64,000 bases of DNA from Candidatus Marinacidobacterales bacterium. Lineage in GTDB: Bacteria > Acidobacteriota > Vicinamibacteria > Marinacidobacterales > SMYC01. Made by a program: the position numbers and the translations under genes. Below are positions 10,885-20,361 of the stretch, piece after piece (position 1 is the stretch's first letter; every line of letters starts with the position of its first letter). The DNA lies in assembly GCA_965224085.1 (NCBI GenBank), contig CBDCYI010000005.1, forward strand, positions 96,001 through 160,000. Direction: 5' to 3'. The notes below the pieces were generated by a model, which had not been told where the DNA came from, ran no database searches, and saw only the letters and a program-made list of their open reading frames with translations.

Positions 10885-11420
10885 ACAACCACCGCCTAGA
10901 AGGCGGTGGCTTCAAGGGCTGTCAATTGGAAATTGACTGTCGTCGTGAAGAGGCTCGCCATCCTGGGAGTCTATGTACTCCTTTACCATCTCGTCCGTTA
11001 TGCTTCCTGAACTCACCGCCAGATATCCTCGGGCCCAGAAGTGCCGGCCCCAAAACTTCTTCCTCAGGTGAGCAAACTCCTGAAGGAGTACTCGGGAGCT
11101 TATTCCTTTTAGCCACTGCACGATCGTACTCAGGTCCTGGTGTGGTCGGTAGGATACGAACACGTGGACGTGGTCGCGTGCAACCTTACCCGAGATTATG
11201 TGCAGCTCATGTTCCATCGCGATCTGACGAATCAGATCGCGCACACGAACCGCTACTGGACCGATCAAAACCTTTTTACGGTATTTCGGTATCCAAACGA
11301 TGTGCGCTTTTAGGTCCGTTTTCGTGTGCGCTCCGTGCCTGTAGTGACGCACGCGACCACAATACCACGATCTTCTCTTCGCCTAAAGGCGAGGGGTTTC
11401 GACCATCCCCGGAAGAGACA
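10881..11420 (-). mobile_element. IS200/IS605-family element, tnpA only (copy 1)
   Basis: Subterminal hairpins CCACCGCC-TAGAA-GGCGGTGG and CGCCTAAAGGCG; TTAG abuts the left end on the minus strand. Ends are approximate. Confidence 0.85.
10912..11352 (-). CDS. tnpA: IS200/IS605 HUH (Y1) transposase
   Basis: HIVWIPKYR, DHVH, LKGISSR, FWARGY, YI catalytic Tyr. Confidence 0.95.
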   Translation of the reverse strand: MRHYRHGAHTKTDLKAHIVWIPKYRKKVLIGPVAVRVRDLIRQIAMEHELHIISGKVARDHVHVFVSYRPHQDLSTIVQWLKGISSRVLLQEFAHLRKKFWGRHFWARGYLAVSSGSITDEMVKEYIDSQDGEPLHDDSQFPIDSP

Positions 11421-11435
11421 CTAAGAAGCCCTAAA

Positions 11436-12251
11436 ATGAATATGGAGACCGAAGCTCACGTCAAACGCGACAGTCTGCAAGTCATTCTCAGGGAGATGCG
11501 CTCCGTCATCGTGGCTTTCAGCGGCGGTGTCGACAGCTCCTATCTCGTGGTCGAAGCGCAGCGGGCGCTCGGGGACCGCGCGCTCGCGGTGACGGGCGAA
11601 AGCCCGAGCTATCCCGACTATCAGCGCCAAATGGCTCTTGACGTCGTTTTAAGGTTCGGACTGCGCCACGAGTTCGTCGAGACCAAAGAGATCACGAGTG
11701 CCTCTTATCTCGCGAACAACCCCGACCGCTGTTTCCATTGTAAATCCGAGCTCTATTCATGTCTCGAGCGGCTCGCGAAGGAGAAGAGCATCCCGGTCAT
11801 CGTCGACGGCGCCAATGCCGACGACCTCGGCGATTACCGCCCCGGACGTCAAGCCGCGAAGCTTGCAGGGGTTCGGAGCCCACTCGAGGAAGCCGCGCTC
11901 ACGAAGCAAGAGATACGCCTCTTGTCGCGGGAGCTCGGTCTTCCCACTGCCGACGAGCCTGCTTCCGCATGCCTGTCCTCTCGTATCCCGTACCACACGC
12001 CCGTCACGATCGAGAATCTCGGAACGGTTGAAAAAGGCGAGTCGGTGCTTCGCAGCTTCGGCTTCGGCCACATGCGCGTGCGTCATCATGACGCTCTTGT
12101 CCGTCTCGAGTTCTCGCCGGAGGAGCTCCCCCGCGCTCTCACCGAGTCGATGCGGTGCGACCTCACGACAGCGTTCCGAGCACTCGGCTACAAGTTCGTG
12201 ACGATCGACCTCGAAGGCTACCGAACCGGAAGTCTCAACGAAGAACTGTAA
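11436..12251 (+). CDS. larE: ATP-dependent sulfur transferase LarE (PP-loop)
   Basis: SGGVDS, RCFHCK, DDLGDYRPG, PASACLSSR, GYRTGSLN. Confidence 0.92.
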   Translation: MNMETEAHVKRDSLQVILREMRSVIVAFSGGVDSSYLVVEAQRALGDRALAVTGESPSYPDYQRQMALDVVLRFGLRHEFVETKEITSASYLANNPDRCFHCKSELYSCLERLAKEKSIPVIVDGANADDLGDYRPGRQAAKLAGVRSPLEEAALTKQEIRLLSRELGLPTADEPASACLSSRIPYHTPVTIENLGTVEKGESVLRSFGFGHMRVRHHDALVRLEFSPEELPRALTESMRCDLTTAFRALGYKFVTIDLEGYRTGSLNEEL

Positions 12252-12350
12252 TTCGGTGTTGGCTACCTTCTGCCTGCCAAAAGCTTCCTCAATGTTAGTG
12301 CCCGAACCCGGTGGCAGGTAGCAGAACCGAACGGCAGGCTACAATCAATT

Positions 12351-13079
12351 ATGCGCGTCGTCTTTCTTGGGACGGGAAATGCTTTTGCTAGCGGGGGGCG
12401 ATACGCGATGTCCATTTTGCTCCTCGCGGACGGGCTCGGAGTGTTGCTCGATTGCGGCCCCACGACGCTCGTCGCGCTCAAGAAGCTCGGGCTCTCGCCT
12501 TCCGATATCGATGTCATTCTTTTGTCGCATCACCACGGCGACCACTTCGCCGGCGTACCGTTTCTCGTGCTTCACGAGTGCTACGGGGGCTCTCGGACGA
12601 AGCCGCTTTTGGTGTACGGCCCCGACGGTACGCACGAGAAATTGACGCAAGGTCTCGAATGGTTGTTTCCCGGCATTGGCACGCTTCCCTTCGCGCTCGA
12701 ATATTGCGACCAGAATCCCGGGGACGAGCTTCGCTCGGGCGCGCTCGAAGCGCGGCCTTTCGAAGTTGACCACTATTCGCGCGGCACGGCCTTCGGCTAC
12801 CGGGTGACCCTCGACGGAAGCGTCATCGTTTATTCAGGGGATACGGCGTGGACCGAGGCGCTCGTCGCGCAAACAGCCGGCGCGGATTTGTTCATCTGCG
12901 AATGCTCGAGCTTCGAACGACCGGTGGAAAAGCACATGACGCATCGAGACCTCGAGCGGCATCGCGCGCGTATCGGCGCCAAGCGCACGCTTCTCGTCCA
13001 CGCGGGCGACGACGTTCTCGAGCGCGAGCGGGATCTAGTTTTCGAGCTCGCGTATGATGGGATGGAGGTGACGCTGTGA
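12351..13079 (+). CDS. MBL-fold metallo-hydrolase (RNase Z/BN-like)
   Basis: FLGTG, LLDCG, SHHHGDHFAG, YSGDT, ICEC. Confidence 0.88.
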   Translation: MRVVFLGTGNAFASGGRYAMSILLLADGLGVLLDCGPTTLVALKKLGLSPSDIDVILLSHHHGDHFAGVPFLVLHECYGGSRTKPLLVYGPDGTHEKLTQGLEWLFPGIGTLPFALEYCDQNPGDELRSGALEARPFEVDHYSRGTAFGYRVTLDGSVIVYSGDTAWTEALVAQTAGADLFICECSSFERPVEKHMTHRDLERHRARIGAKRTLLVHAGDDVLERERDLVFELAYDGMEVTL

Positions 13080-13561
13080 TCTCGGCAATATTGTTCGCGC
13101 TTACTCTTCTTCAAACACAAGAGGCCAGGGAGACACGGATCGATATCGACGTGAAGGAGGCCGACGTCCTCGATTTGCTGCGTTTGCTCGCCGAGATTGG
13201 AGATTTCAACCTCGTCGCCGATCCGGACGTGTCCTGTCACGTAACGTTGAGGCTGGTGTCGGTGCCGTGGCCGCAGGTGCTCGAGATCGTTCTCCGAACG
13301 TGCCGGCTTGGAGAGGATCGAATAGGCGACAACATGGTACGGGTAGCGACGGCCGAGCAGATCCGTCGTGAGTACGAAGAGCGCCGAAAGTACGAGGAAG
13401 AGAAAAGACTCGCCGGGCCGCTCGTTACGACCTACAAGAAACTCGCTTACGGTAGGGCTCGGGATCTGGCGCCCGTATTGGAGAGATTCTTGTCGGCGCG
13501 GGGCTCCGTCACGTTCGACGAGCGCACGAATACTCTAATTGTTGTGGATGTCGCACGCTAG
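13076..13561 (+). CDS. Stand-alone secretin N-terminal domain protein (PilQ N0/N1-like)
   Basis: Signal peptide; IDIDVKEADVLDLLRLLAEI..NLV...VTLRL..VPW.QVL; SARGSVTFDERTNTLIV; no beta-barrel. Confidence 0.75.
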   Translation: MISAILFALTLLQTQEARETRIDIDVKEADVLDLLRLLAEIGDFNLVADPDVSCHVTLRLVSVPWPQVLEIVLRTCRLGEDRIGDNMVRVATAEQIRREYEERRKYEEEKRLAGPLVTTYKKLAYGRARDLAPVLERFLSARGSVTFDERTNTLIVVDVAR

Positions 13562-13637
13562 CTCCGTATCAGTGATCAGTGATCAGTGATTCGCTGCATA
13601 AAGCTCGAGATCATTTTGTGTGCTGGCGAGGCGTTAT

Positions 13638-14283
13638 GTGACGAACTACTAACCGACCACGCCCATAGGGCGTGGGTTTAGGAAGGCCCCCCCGAGGGGG
13701 CCGATGACGTTGGGAAGGCCCCGTTGGGGCCGTCTCTCGTTATAACTCAGGTCGAGATCACCTTGGCGAGACTCAAGCTTTTCTTGCTCCCGGATGTACT
13801 TTCTTATTCGCTCCTCGTCAAGGCCAACCGTACTCACACAGTACCCCTTCGCCCAAAAATGCAAGCCCGTCATACGACGTTCTTTCAGCAATTCTCGGTG
13901 GATGCGTACCGCACTCTTCCCTTTCAGAAAACCGATCGTGTGAGATACGCTGTACTTGGGAGGGATGCTCATACACAGGTGGATGTGGTCCGGTTGCGCG
14001 TTGCCTTCTATCAGTTCTACTCCTCTCTGCTCACAAAGCTCTCGAAGAATTCGCCCCACGCGACGCCGAAGGTCCCCATATAACACCCTTCTACGATACT
14101 TGGGGATGATCACCACGTGGTACTTGCATTCCCATCGCACTTGCGACAGGCTTTTCCATTCGTGCATGCAGGTTCTCCTTTCGGAGGCCCCACAGGGTCT
14201 TCCCGGAGGGGGAACCTAGCACACGCCGGATCGCTCGAAGCTCTTCGGGTCACGCCGCCAGAGGCGGCGCGTTTATTAGCGGA
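13638..14283 (-). mobile_element. tnpA: IS200/IS605-family element, tnpA only (copy 2, different subfamily); CDS 13649-14167
   Basis: YHVVIIPKYRR, DHIH, KGKS, FWAKGY; GC hairpins at both ends; TTAG next to the left end. Ends are approximate. Confidence 0.9.
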
Positions 14284-14299
14284 CTAATACAGGGGACCG

Positions 14300-14506
14300 C
14301 TAGGCCTTCGATTCCTCGTTGCTTTCGTCTTCCGGCGTCTCGTCGCCGGAGCCCTTGATCGACTTCTTGAAGTTCTTGATGCCTTCGCCGAGCCCTGAGC
14401 CGAGCTGAGGAAGCTTGTTGGCTCCGAAGATCAAGAAGACGATGGCCAAGATGATCAACATCTCGGGCAACCCCAGCGTACCGATCAAAAGCGGGTGCAT
14501 CGACAT
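14300..14506 (-). CDS. tatA: Twin-arginine translocase subunit TatA/E
   Basis: [37 protein letters not shown]. Confidence 0.93.
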   Translation of the reverse strand: MSMHPLLIGTLGLPEMLIILAIVFLIFGANKLPQLGSGLGEGIKNFKKSIKGSGDETPEDESNEESKA

Positions 14507-14608
14507 GATATTCTCCTTCGGACGCGAGAACCGCCCGATATCAGAGCTACTATACCACGTGGCCGATAGCCGGCCAACGGGACCCGGAAACCGCTATCAT
14601 GGGGACCC

Positions 14609-14986
14609 ATGGCTCTTTCGGATGAAGTTGTCGCCGACCCACCCGTGCTCGCGGCGATACGGGCCCGCCTCGAGAGCCTCGTCAGCGAGCTCGGGGCCCG
14701 CGCCGGCTTTCTCGTCGACGAGAAAGGCACGCCGTTCGCAGCCGTAGGCAACGTAGAGTTCGGATTCCCGCACCCGCTCGAAAGCCTCGGCGACGACGAC
14801 GTCGTTCTGAACGCGCTTGTCGGCGAGACGTCCGTTTCCGACACAACCTCCCCCTATCTCGTTGAGCCCGTCGGCCGACGGGCGCTCGTGGCACTCGCGC
14901 GGCCGGAATCCGCGACGGCGGAAAACGAGCACGCGATCCGCCGCCGCCTGCGACAATCGGCGAAGGAGATCGAAGCACTCCTTTGA
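14609..14986 (+). CDS. Roadblock/LC7-like small protein
   Basis: LESLVSELGARAGFLVDEKG pattern resembles the MglB N-terminus; ends in a helix (RLRQSAKEIEALL). Confidence 0.55.
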   Translation: MALSDEVVADPPVLAAIRARLESLVSELGARAGFLVDEKGTPFAAVGNVEFGFPHPLESLGDDDVVLNALVGETSVSDTTSPYLVEPVGRRALVALARPESATAENEHAIRRRLRQSAKEIEALL

Positions 14987-15009
14987 TCCCTTCAACTTGA
15001 CGTCGTACG

Positions 15010-15495
15010 ATGCTCTTCGCCGTGGCAGCGCCGAATAAACGTCTCACCGTTATCGAACACCGGGTGCGCATCGATCGAGCACCGCTGGATGTTTTCGCGT
15101 TCTTCGACCGGCCTCGAAACGTCCAGCAAGTGACACCGAAAACGATCGCGGTGAGCCTCGAGTCTCACCCCGAAGACCTCCGCCTCGGGACGATTTTCGG
15201 TTATCGCCTCAAACGCTGGCCGGTGGACTTCGTCTGGGACGTTGTCGTCTCCGAATACGAGCCGCCTCAAGGATTCACCAACGTGAAAGCGAGGGGCTTC
15301 TTTCCGAAATGGGCCCACCGACACTCGATCCTCCCCGACGGTAGCGGAACCGAGCTTCTCGTCTCGTTGGAATACGAAGTGCCTTCCGGCCTCTACAACG
15401 CGCTCATCAACAACTACGTGATCGAATCCGCCATGAAAGAGCTCGTCCAAGAACAATCCCGCGCCATCGCCCAAACCCTCGAGCAACAAGCGTAG
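15010..15495 (+). CDS. SRPBCC family protein
   Basis: IDRAPLDVFAFFDRPRNVQQVTP, YEPPQGF, WAHRH. Confidence 0.8.
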   Translation: MLFAVAAPNKRLTVIEHRVRIDRAPLDVFAFFDRPRNVQQVTPKTIAVSLESHPEDLRLGTIFGYRLKRWPVDFVWDVVVSEYEPPQGFTNVKARGFFPKWAHRHSILPDGSGTELLVSLEYEVPSGLYNALINNYVIESAMKELVQEQSRAIAQTLEQQA

Positions 15496-15910
15496 CCCGT
15501 ATCAAAGAGCGTGCGCGAAGACTTCATCCAGGTCGATCGTCCGCGCCGTCGTTGCGAGATAAAACGCCGCTTCCCGACCTCCGAGGCCCCGCTCTCCAAA
15601 CGGTGACGGATACGCTCGAGCAGGCGGCGAATGCGTGCGTAGAGAGGCTTTGCGTCCACGTCCAGAAGATGGTGTGCCCGTCGCCAGCCTCGACCCCAAA
15701 TGCCCCTCGTTTCTGTCTCCGCCAACCACCTTTGCCTCCTCGCCCGCCAAAACTAGAAAACCCCACCCGGTATGACGAGGTCATTCTCACGGGCGGCCCC
15801 GTTCGCGCGATGAGCGGGCGATTGTCGCCGACGAACGGACGTGGAAGTCTGCCATCACACCCGGCTTTTTGCGAGTTTCACATCACACCGTAGCGAGATA
15901 TGGTTGTGCT

Positions 15911-18778
15911 GTGACGCGCCGGGAAACGAACTTGAAAATAACAGCGGTCAGAGCCGCCGGGTTTCTCGTCGCCTATTTTGCACTCGCAGAGCTCGGCGTG
16001 CCGATGCGGTTGGACGCCATCAACGCGTCTCCGATCTGGCTTCCGACGGGGCTCTGTCTTGCGGCGATCTTCTTGTTCGGCTGGCGTTTCTGGCCCGTGG
16101 TGGCCCTGGCGGTAGCGGCCCGAACCCTCGTCGGCGACCTGCCGGTGACGATAGCTATCTGTTTGGGCCTTGCGAAAGCCGCCGAGGTGCTCGTCGCCTC
16201 ATACCTGATGAAGGGTCCCGGAAAATTCAAGGGTGAGCTCGACAGCGTGCGCGCGGTCCTATCTCTCGTGCTCGGCGCGGCCCTAGCCGGCTCGATCGTC
16301 GGTGCCCTCACCTCCACGACAGCGCTTTGTAGTCTAGGACTCGCACCCTGGTCCCGCTTCGTCGAGCTGGCGAGCACGTGGTGGCTCGGTGACGCGATGG
16401 GGATTCTCATCGCGGTACCCGCCATCTTGTTCGTCTCGCACCAAAAACGTTGGTCGCTCGATCGGCGCGCCGCGCTCTCCGCGGTAACGATTGCACTCCT
16501 GCTTCTGGCCACCGGCGAGATAGCCTTCGGTTCTTTGTTTCCGGTACGGGGCCTCCCTCTCGCCTATCTCTCCTTTCCGTGCATCTTCTGGGCGTCCTTA
16601 CGTTTTGGCGCAAACGGGGCCGCCCTTTCGTCGGGGCTGGCCTCTTTGCACGCAACGATCGGCACACTTCGCGGCTACGGGCCCTTTGTGCGCGAGTCGG
16701 ACGTGGAAAGTCTGGTTCTGCTGGAGACGTTTCTTGCCGTTATCGTCGTCACGAGCATGCTTCTCGGCGCGGTCATCGCGGAACGCCGCAACGCGGCCCA
16801 AGCTCTACTAAAAAGCCAGGTCCGCTACAACTTGGCATCGGCGGCGGGAAGCGCGGGTGTGTGGGACTGGGAGCTCGCAACGAACGAGCTCTACGTGGAC
16901 CCCGTGTTCAAGCGCATTCTTGGATATGAGGAGCACGAAATCAGGAACCATCTCGACGACTGGACACGCTTGGTGCCCCCGGAAGACGCGGAAGCGGTAC
17001 GGGCCGCGACGACGCGCCACATCAAAGGTGAGACCGCGCGGCTCGAAGTCGAGTACCGTATCTTTCACAAAGACGGTAGTCTGCGATGGTTCATGGTTCG
17101 AGGCGAGGCGCAACGGGACGCCTCTGGCCGCGTCTTTCGCTGCACCGGGACCGTGGTCGACATCACGGAGCAAAAAGTTGCGGAAGAGGCACTGGAACAT
17201 GGAGAGCAAACGATCCGTCACCAGCTCGAAGAATTGAACTATCTTTATCAAACGACGCCGGTGGGCCTTTGTGTCATGGATCGAGAGCTCCGATACGTGC
17301 GTATCAACGAACGTCTCGCGGCCATCCATGGCAGAACGGTAGAAGAACACTTGGGCCGGACGATTTTCGAGCTGCTCCCTGAGATCGCGTCGAAAGTCGA
17401 GCCGATCTATCGCAATGTCTTCGAGACCGGAGAGCCCATCATCGATCTCGAAGTTCGTGCGCCTGATCCAAAGGATCCGGGCGTCGGGCGGTACTACCTT
17501 GCGAGCTTCTACCCGCACAGCGTTGACGGCGAAGTGCGCACCATCTCGAACGTCGTCCAAGATATCACGTCGCGCAAACGCGCGGAACGGATGCAGGCGG
17601 CGAACAACCGCGTTCTCGAGCTCGTGGCCCAAGGCAGTGACCTGTCCGAGGTCATGAGCCTTCTCGCGCATAACCTCGAAGTGCAAACCGAGCGTGGATG
17701 CATCGCACGACTCATGGAACCGTCGGGTGACGCCTTGCGCGTCGTTGCCGCGCCGAGCTTACCCGCGGAACATGACGCAGCGCTCGACGTCCTTCCTGTC
17801 GGATCGCGAGGAGGAACTTGCGGACGCGCCGCGGCCGAGCGAGGACAGGTCGTGACGGAGGACATCAACAAGGAAGCGTCGTGGAAAAATTACGTGTCGG
17901 CCGCGACCGCCGTCAATATCCGCAGTTGCTGGTCGGTGCCGATCTTGTCGAGCTCGCACGCGGTCCTCGGTACGGTCGGCCTCTACTCCAATGAGTCGCG
18001 AGAGCCGGACGAGCAGGAAACGGAAGTCCTACGAAACGCGGCCGATCTCGCAAGTGTGGCGATCGAACATGCGCATGCGCGCGAAGCACTGACGACGAGC
18101 GAAGCGTCGCTTCGGGAAAGCCACGAAGAGATTCGCCTTCTCGCCGCCCGCCTCATCGCCGCACAGGAGCAGGAACGCCAGCGCGTTTCGAGAGAGCTTC
18201 ACGACGGGTTGAATCAGCAGCTCGCCGCGCTGTCGTTCGAGATCGGAAGGCTCCGCACTGAAGTCTCGCAGGAGCAGCCCGGCATTCGCCATCGCTTGGG
18301 GGAGCTCCAGGCGCGCGCCATCGCTTTGATAGATGATGCCCGCCGGATGTCGCACGAGCTCCATCCGTCGACGCTCGAGCATCTCGGTATCGTCGCGGCG
18401 ATTCGGGCCTACTGCGGCGAGGTCAGCCGGCGCGGCGAGACGACCGTGCGTTTCGATTCCATCCATCCGCCGGAGCCCATAGCTCCTCCCGCTGCGCTTT
18501 GTCTTTTCCGCGTCGTTCAGGAAGGTGTCCAAAACGCCGCCAAGCATTCGATGGCAACCGTCGTCCAGGTCACGCTTCGAGGCTCCGACGATAACCTCAC
18601 GCTCGCCATCTCTGATGACGGCCGCGGGTTCGACACCGAGCGTACGAACGGAGGTCTCGGGCTCGTCAGCATGGCCGAGCGCGTCCGCGTCATCGGCGGC
18701 GAGTTCAGTATTCGCTCCTCGCTCAACAAAGGAACCCGTCTAGAAGTGCGGCTTCCCTCGTCACCAGTCGCCCAGTAA
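15911..18778 (+). CDS. MASE1-PAS-PAS-GAF sensor histidine kinase (HisKA_3)
   Basis: SPIWLPTG, WWLGD (MASE1); GVWDW PAS; SCWSVPI GAF; RELHDGLNQ, QEGVQNAAKHS, DDGRGF, GLGL. Start uncertain (15869-15932). Confidence 0.9.
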   Translation: MTRRETNLKITAVRAAGFLVAYFALAELGVPMRLDAINASPIWLPTGLCLAAIFLFGWRFWPVVALAVAARTLVGDLPVTIAICLGLAKAAEVLVASYLMKGPGKFKGELDSVRAVLSLVLGAALAGSIVGALTSTTALCSLGLAPWSRFVELASTWWLGDAMGILIAVPAILFVSHQKRWSLDRRAALSAVTIALLLLATGEIAFGSLFPVRGLPLAYLSFPCIFWASLRFGANGAALSSGLASLHATIGTLRGYGPFVRESDVESLVLLETFLAVIVVTSMLLGAVIAERRNAAQALLKSQVRYNLASAAGSAGVWDWELATNELYVDPVFKRILGYEEHEIRNHLDDWTRLVPPEDAEAVRAATTRHIKGETARLEVEYRIFHKDGSLRWFMVRGEAQRDASGRVFRCTGTVVDITEQKVAEEALEHGEQTIRHQLEELNYLYQTTPVGLCVMDRELRYVRINERLAAIHGRTVEEHLGRTIFELLPEIASKVEPIYRNVFETGEPIIDLEVRAPDPKDPGVGRYYLASFYPHSVDGEVRTISNVVQDITSRKRAERMQAANNRVLELVAQGSDLSEVMSLLAHNLEVQTERGCIARLMEPSGDALRVVAAPSLPAEHDAALDVLPVGSRGGTCGRAAAERGQVVTEDINKEASWKNYVSAATAVNIRSCWSVPILSSSHAVLGTVGLYSNESREPDEQETEVLRNAADLASVAIEHAHAREALTTSEASLRESHEEIRLLAARLIAAQEQERQRVSRELHDGLNQQLAALSFEIGRLRTEVSQEQPGIRHRLGELQARAIALIDDARRMSHELHPSTLEHLGIVAAIRAYCGEVSRRGETTVRFDSIHPPEPIAPPAALCLFRVVQEGVQNAAKHSMATVVQVTLRGSDDNLTLAISDDGRGFDTERTNGGLGLVSMAERVRVIGGEFSIRSSLNKGTRLEVRLPSSPVAQ

Positions 18779-19202
18779 TCGCGGCCACTCACTGTTCGAA
18801 CGCGGCAACTCGAAAGAAACGAGCCTCCTTCGAGAAACTTCCTCCCCGGTCTTTCCGTCCACGGCGGCGAGAAGAGGCAAGCACGATGTTGACGAGACGA
18901 TCCCTATTGAACATCGACCGCCGCGGACTCAAGGCTGCGACGATTCAGTCATCCCACGGTTTGGTCTGGGATAGGAGCCCCTACTCGTTTGGAGAGCGCA
19001 GCGCTTCCCAGCTGAGTGGATAGTGCAGAAAAGTCCATAAAACCAGTCATTTATCGTGAACGTGATCGTAAAAATGTTTTCAAAAACTCTGCTATTCTGG
19101 TCTCAAAGATATAGTTAGCCAGTTGGTCGGGAAAGGACGCCAAAGCGGGCTCGAAAGCCGATCGACAGCAGATGCTCGAGGAGAATTCAAGGAAAAGAGT
19201 CG

Positions 19203-20132
19203 GTGACTATCGGTCATAGAACGCTACTTATTCTTGGCATTCTGTCGGCAGTTTCGATACTGCTGAGCTTTCTTGTGCTGCGGGCGACCGTGTATCCCAC
19301 GTTCTTAGTTCTGGAGAATCAGGCTGCAGACGAAAATTTGGCAAGAGTCACCGCAGCTATTCAAAGTCAGCTGGACGGTTTGGCAATCCTCAACTCCGAA
19401 TACTCCAAGTGGGATGACACGTACGAGTTTCTGCACGAATACAATGACTACTATGTTCCTACCAACGTAAACGCGACAACGCTGGATAATCTTGACGCAG
19501 ATGTCCTGGTTATTTTGGACAGGAAGGGGGATATCGTTGTAGGTATCGGGCGCGATCCAAATAACGCCGGAGCCATTCCAACAAACGACCCCTTTGAAGA
19601 ATTCGAATCGGCCCGTGAAGCTTTCTCGGTGAGTGATAGCTCGTCCAACCGGCGGGTCGGGGTTGTTCGAACAAGCAAAGGGCCTTTCCTCGCTACCTCT
19701 TTGCCGGTACTGCCAACGAGTGGAATTGGGGAGCCTGCTGGGTCTGTGCTACTTGGACGGTTCTTGGATGCTGGGCGGACGGAGCGAATCAAGAAACAGC
19801 TTTCCGTTGAATTTGTGCTTACACCGGCGCCGACCGGGCCCAATGCGCAAGAAGAATTGGAAAAGTCCGATCCGGTAGCGGTTGAGCTGCCGCGGCTGCA
19901 GGATGCGACCACTATTCTCGCCTATCGCTACATTCAGGATATCTTCGGGCGAGCGGCGTTCCTGTTGGAAGTGTCGACACCAAGAAGTGTGACGGCAGCC
20001 GGCAGGCAGGCGGTGACCGCCGCATTGGTTTTCTTGGCTATTACGAGCCTGCTCTACCTTTTGGTCAGCACTTTTTCACTCAGACGACTGATCATCAAAC
20101 CAGTGGTGGAGCTCACCCATCACATTACCGAA
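19203..20132 (+). pseudogene. CHASE4-domain sensor, truncated at the HAMP linker by an IS
   Basis: TM, YSKWDDTYEF (CHASE4), second TM, IIKPV; then runs into an IS200 end hairpin and stops at 20183. Visibly more AT-rich than its neighbours. Confidence 0.8.
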
Positions 20133-20361
20133 CTGAGCGGGTGCGCTCCATCGCCTAAAGGCGATGGGTTCGCGGGCGACTAAAGTCGCCTAAAGGCGCA
20201 CGGCGGAGGATTACTCGCTTACCCTGAACGACTCGTCGTCTTCCGGCAGCTCTCCTTGCAGCTCGATGTACTTGGCCACAACCTCATCGGTCACGTTTCC
20301 GCTCGTCGCTACAAAATAGCCGCGCGCCCACAGGTGCCGACCCCAAAACTTCTTGCGGATC
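20133..20361 (-). mobile_element. IS200/IS605 fragment (3' end of tnpA plus right end), copy 3
   Basis: Minus frame reads RKKFWGRHLWARGYFVATSGNVTDEVVAKYIELQ...*; hairpin CCATCGCC-TAAA-GGCGATGG; cut off by the IS5 end. Confidence 0.85.

Noticed and set aside
13568-13590. (TCAGTGA)x3 short tandem repeat
   Set aside because: Too short and isolated to assign a function.
10881-20361. IscB/TnpB (OMEGA) system suggested by CGCCTAAAGGCG-type hairpins
   Set aside because: The hairpins are IS200 ends; the elements contain only tnpA, with no room for a nuclease gene.
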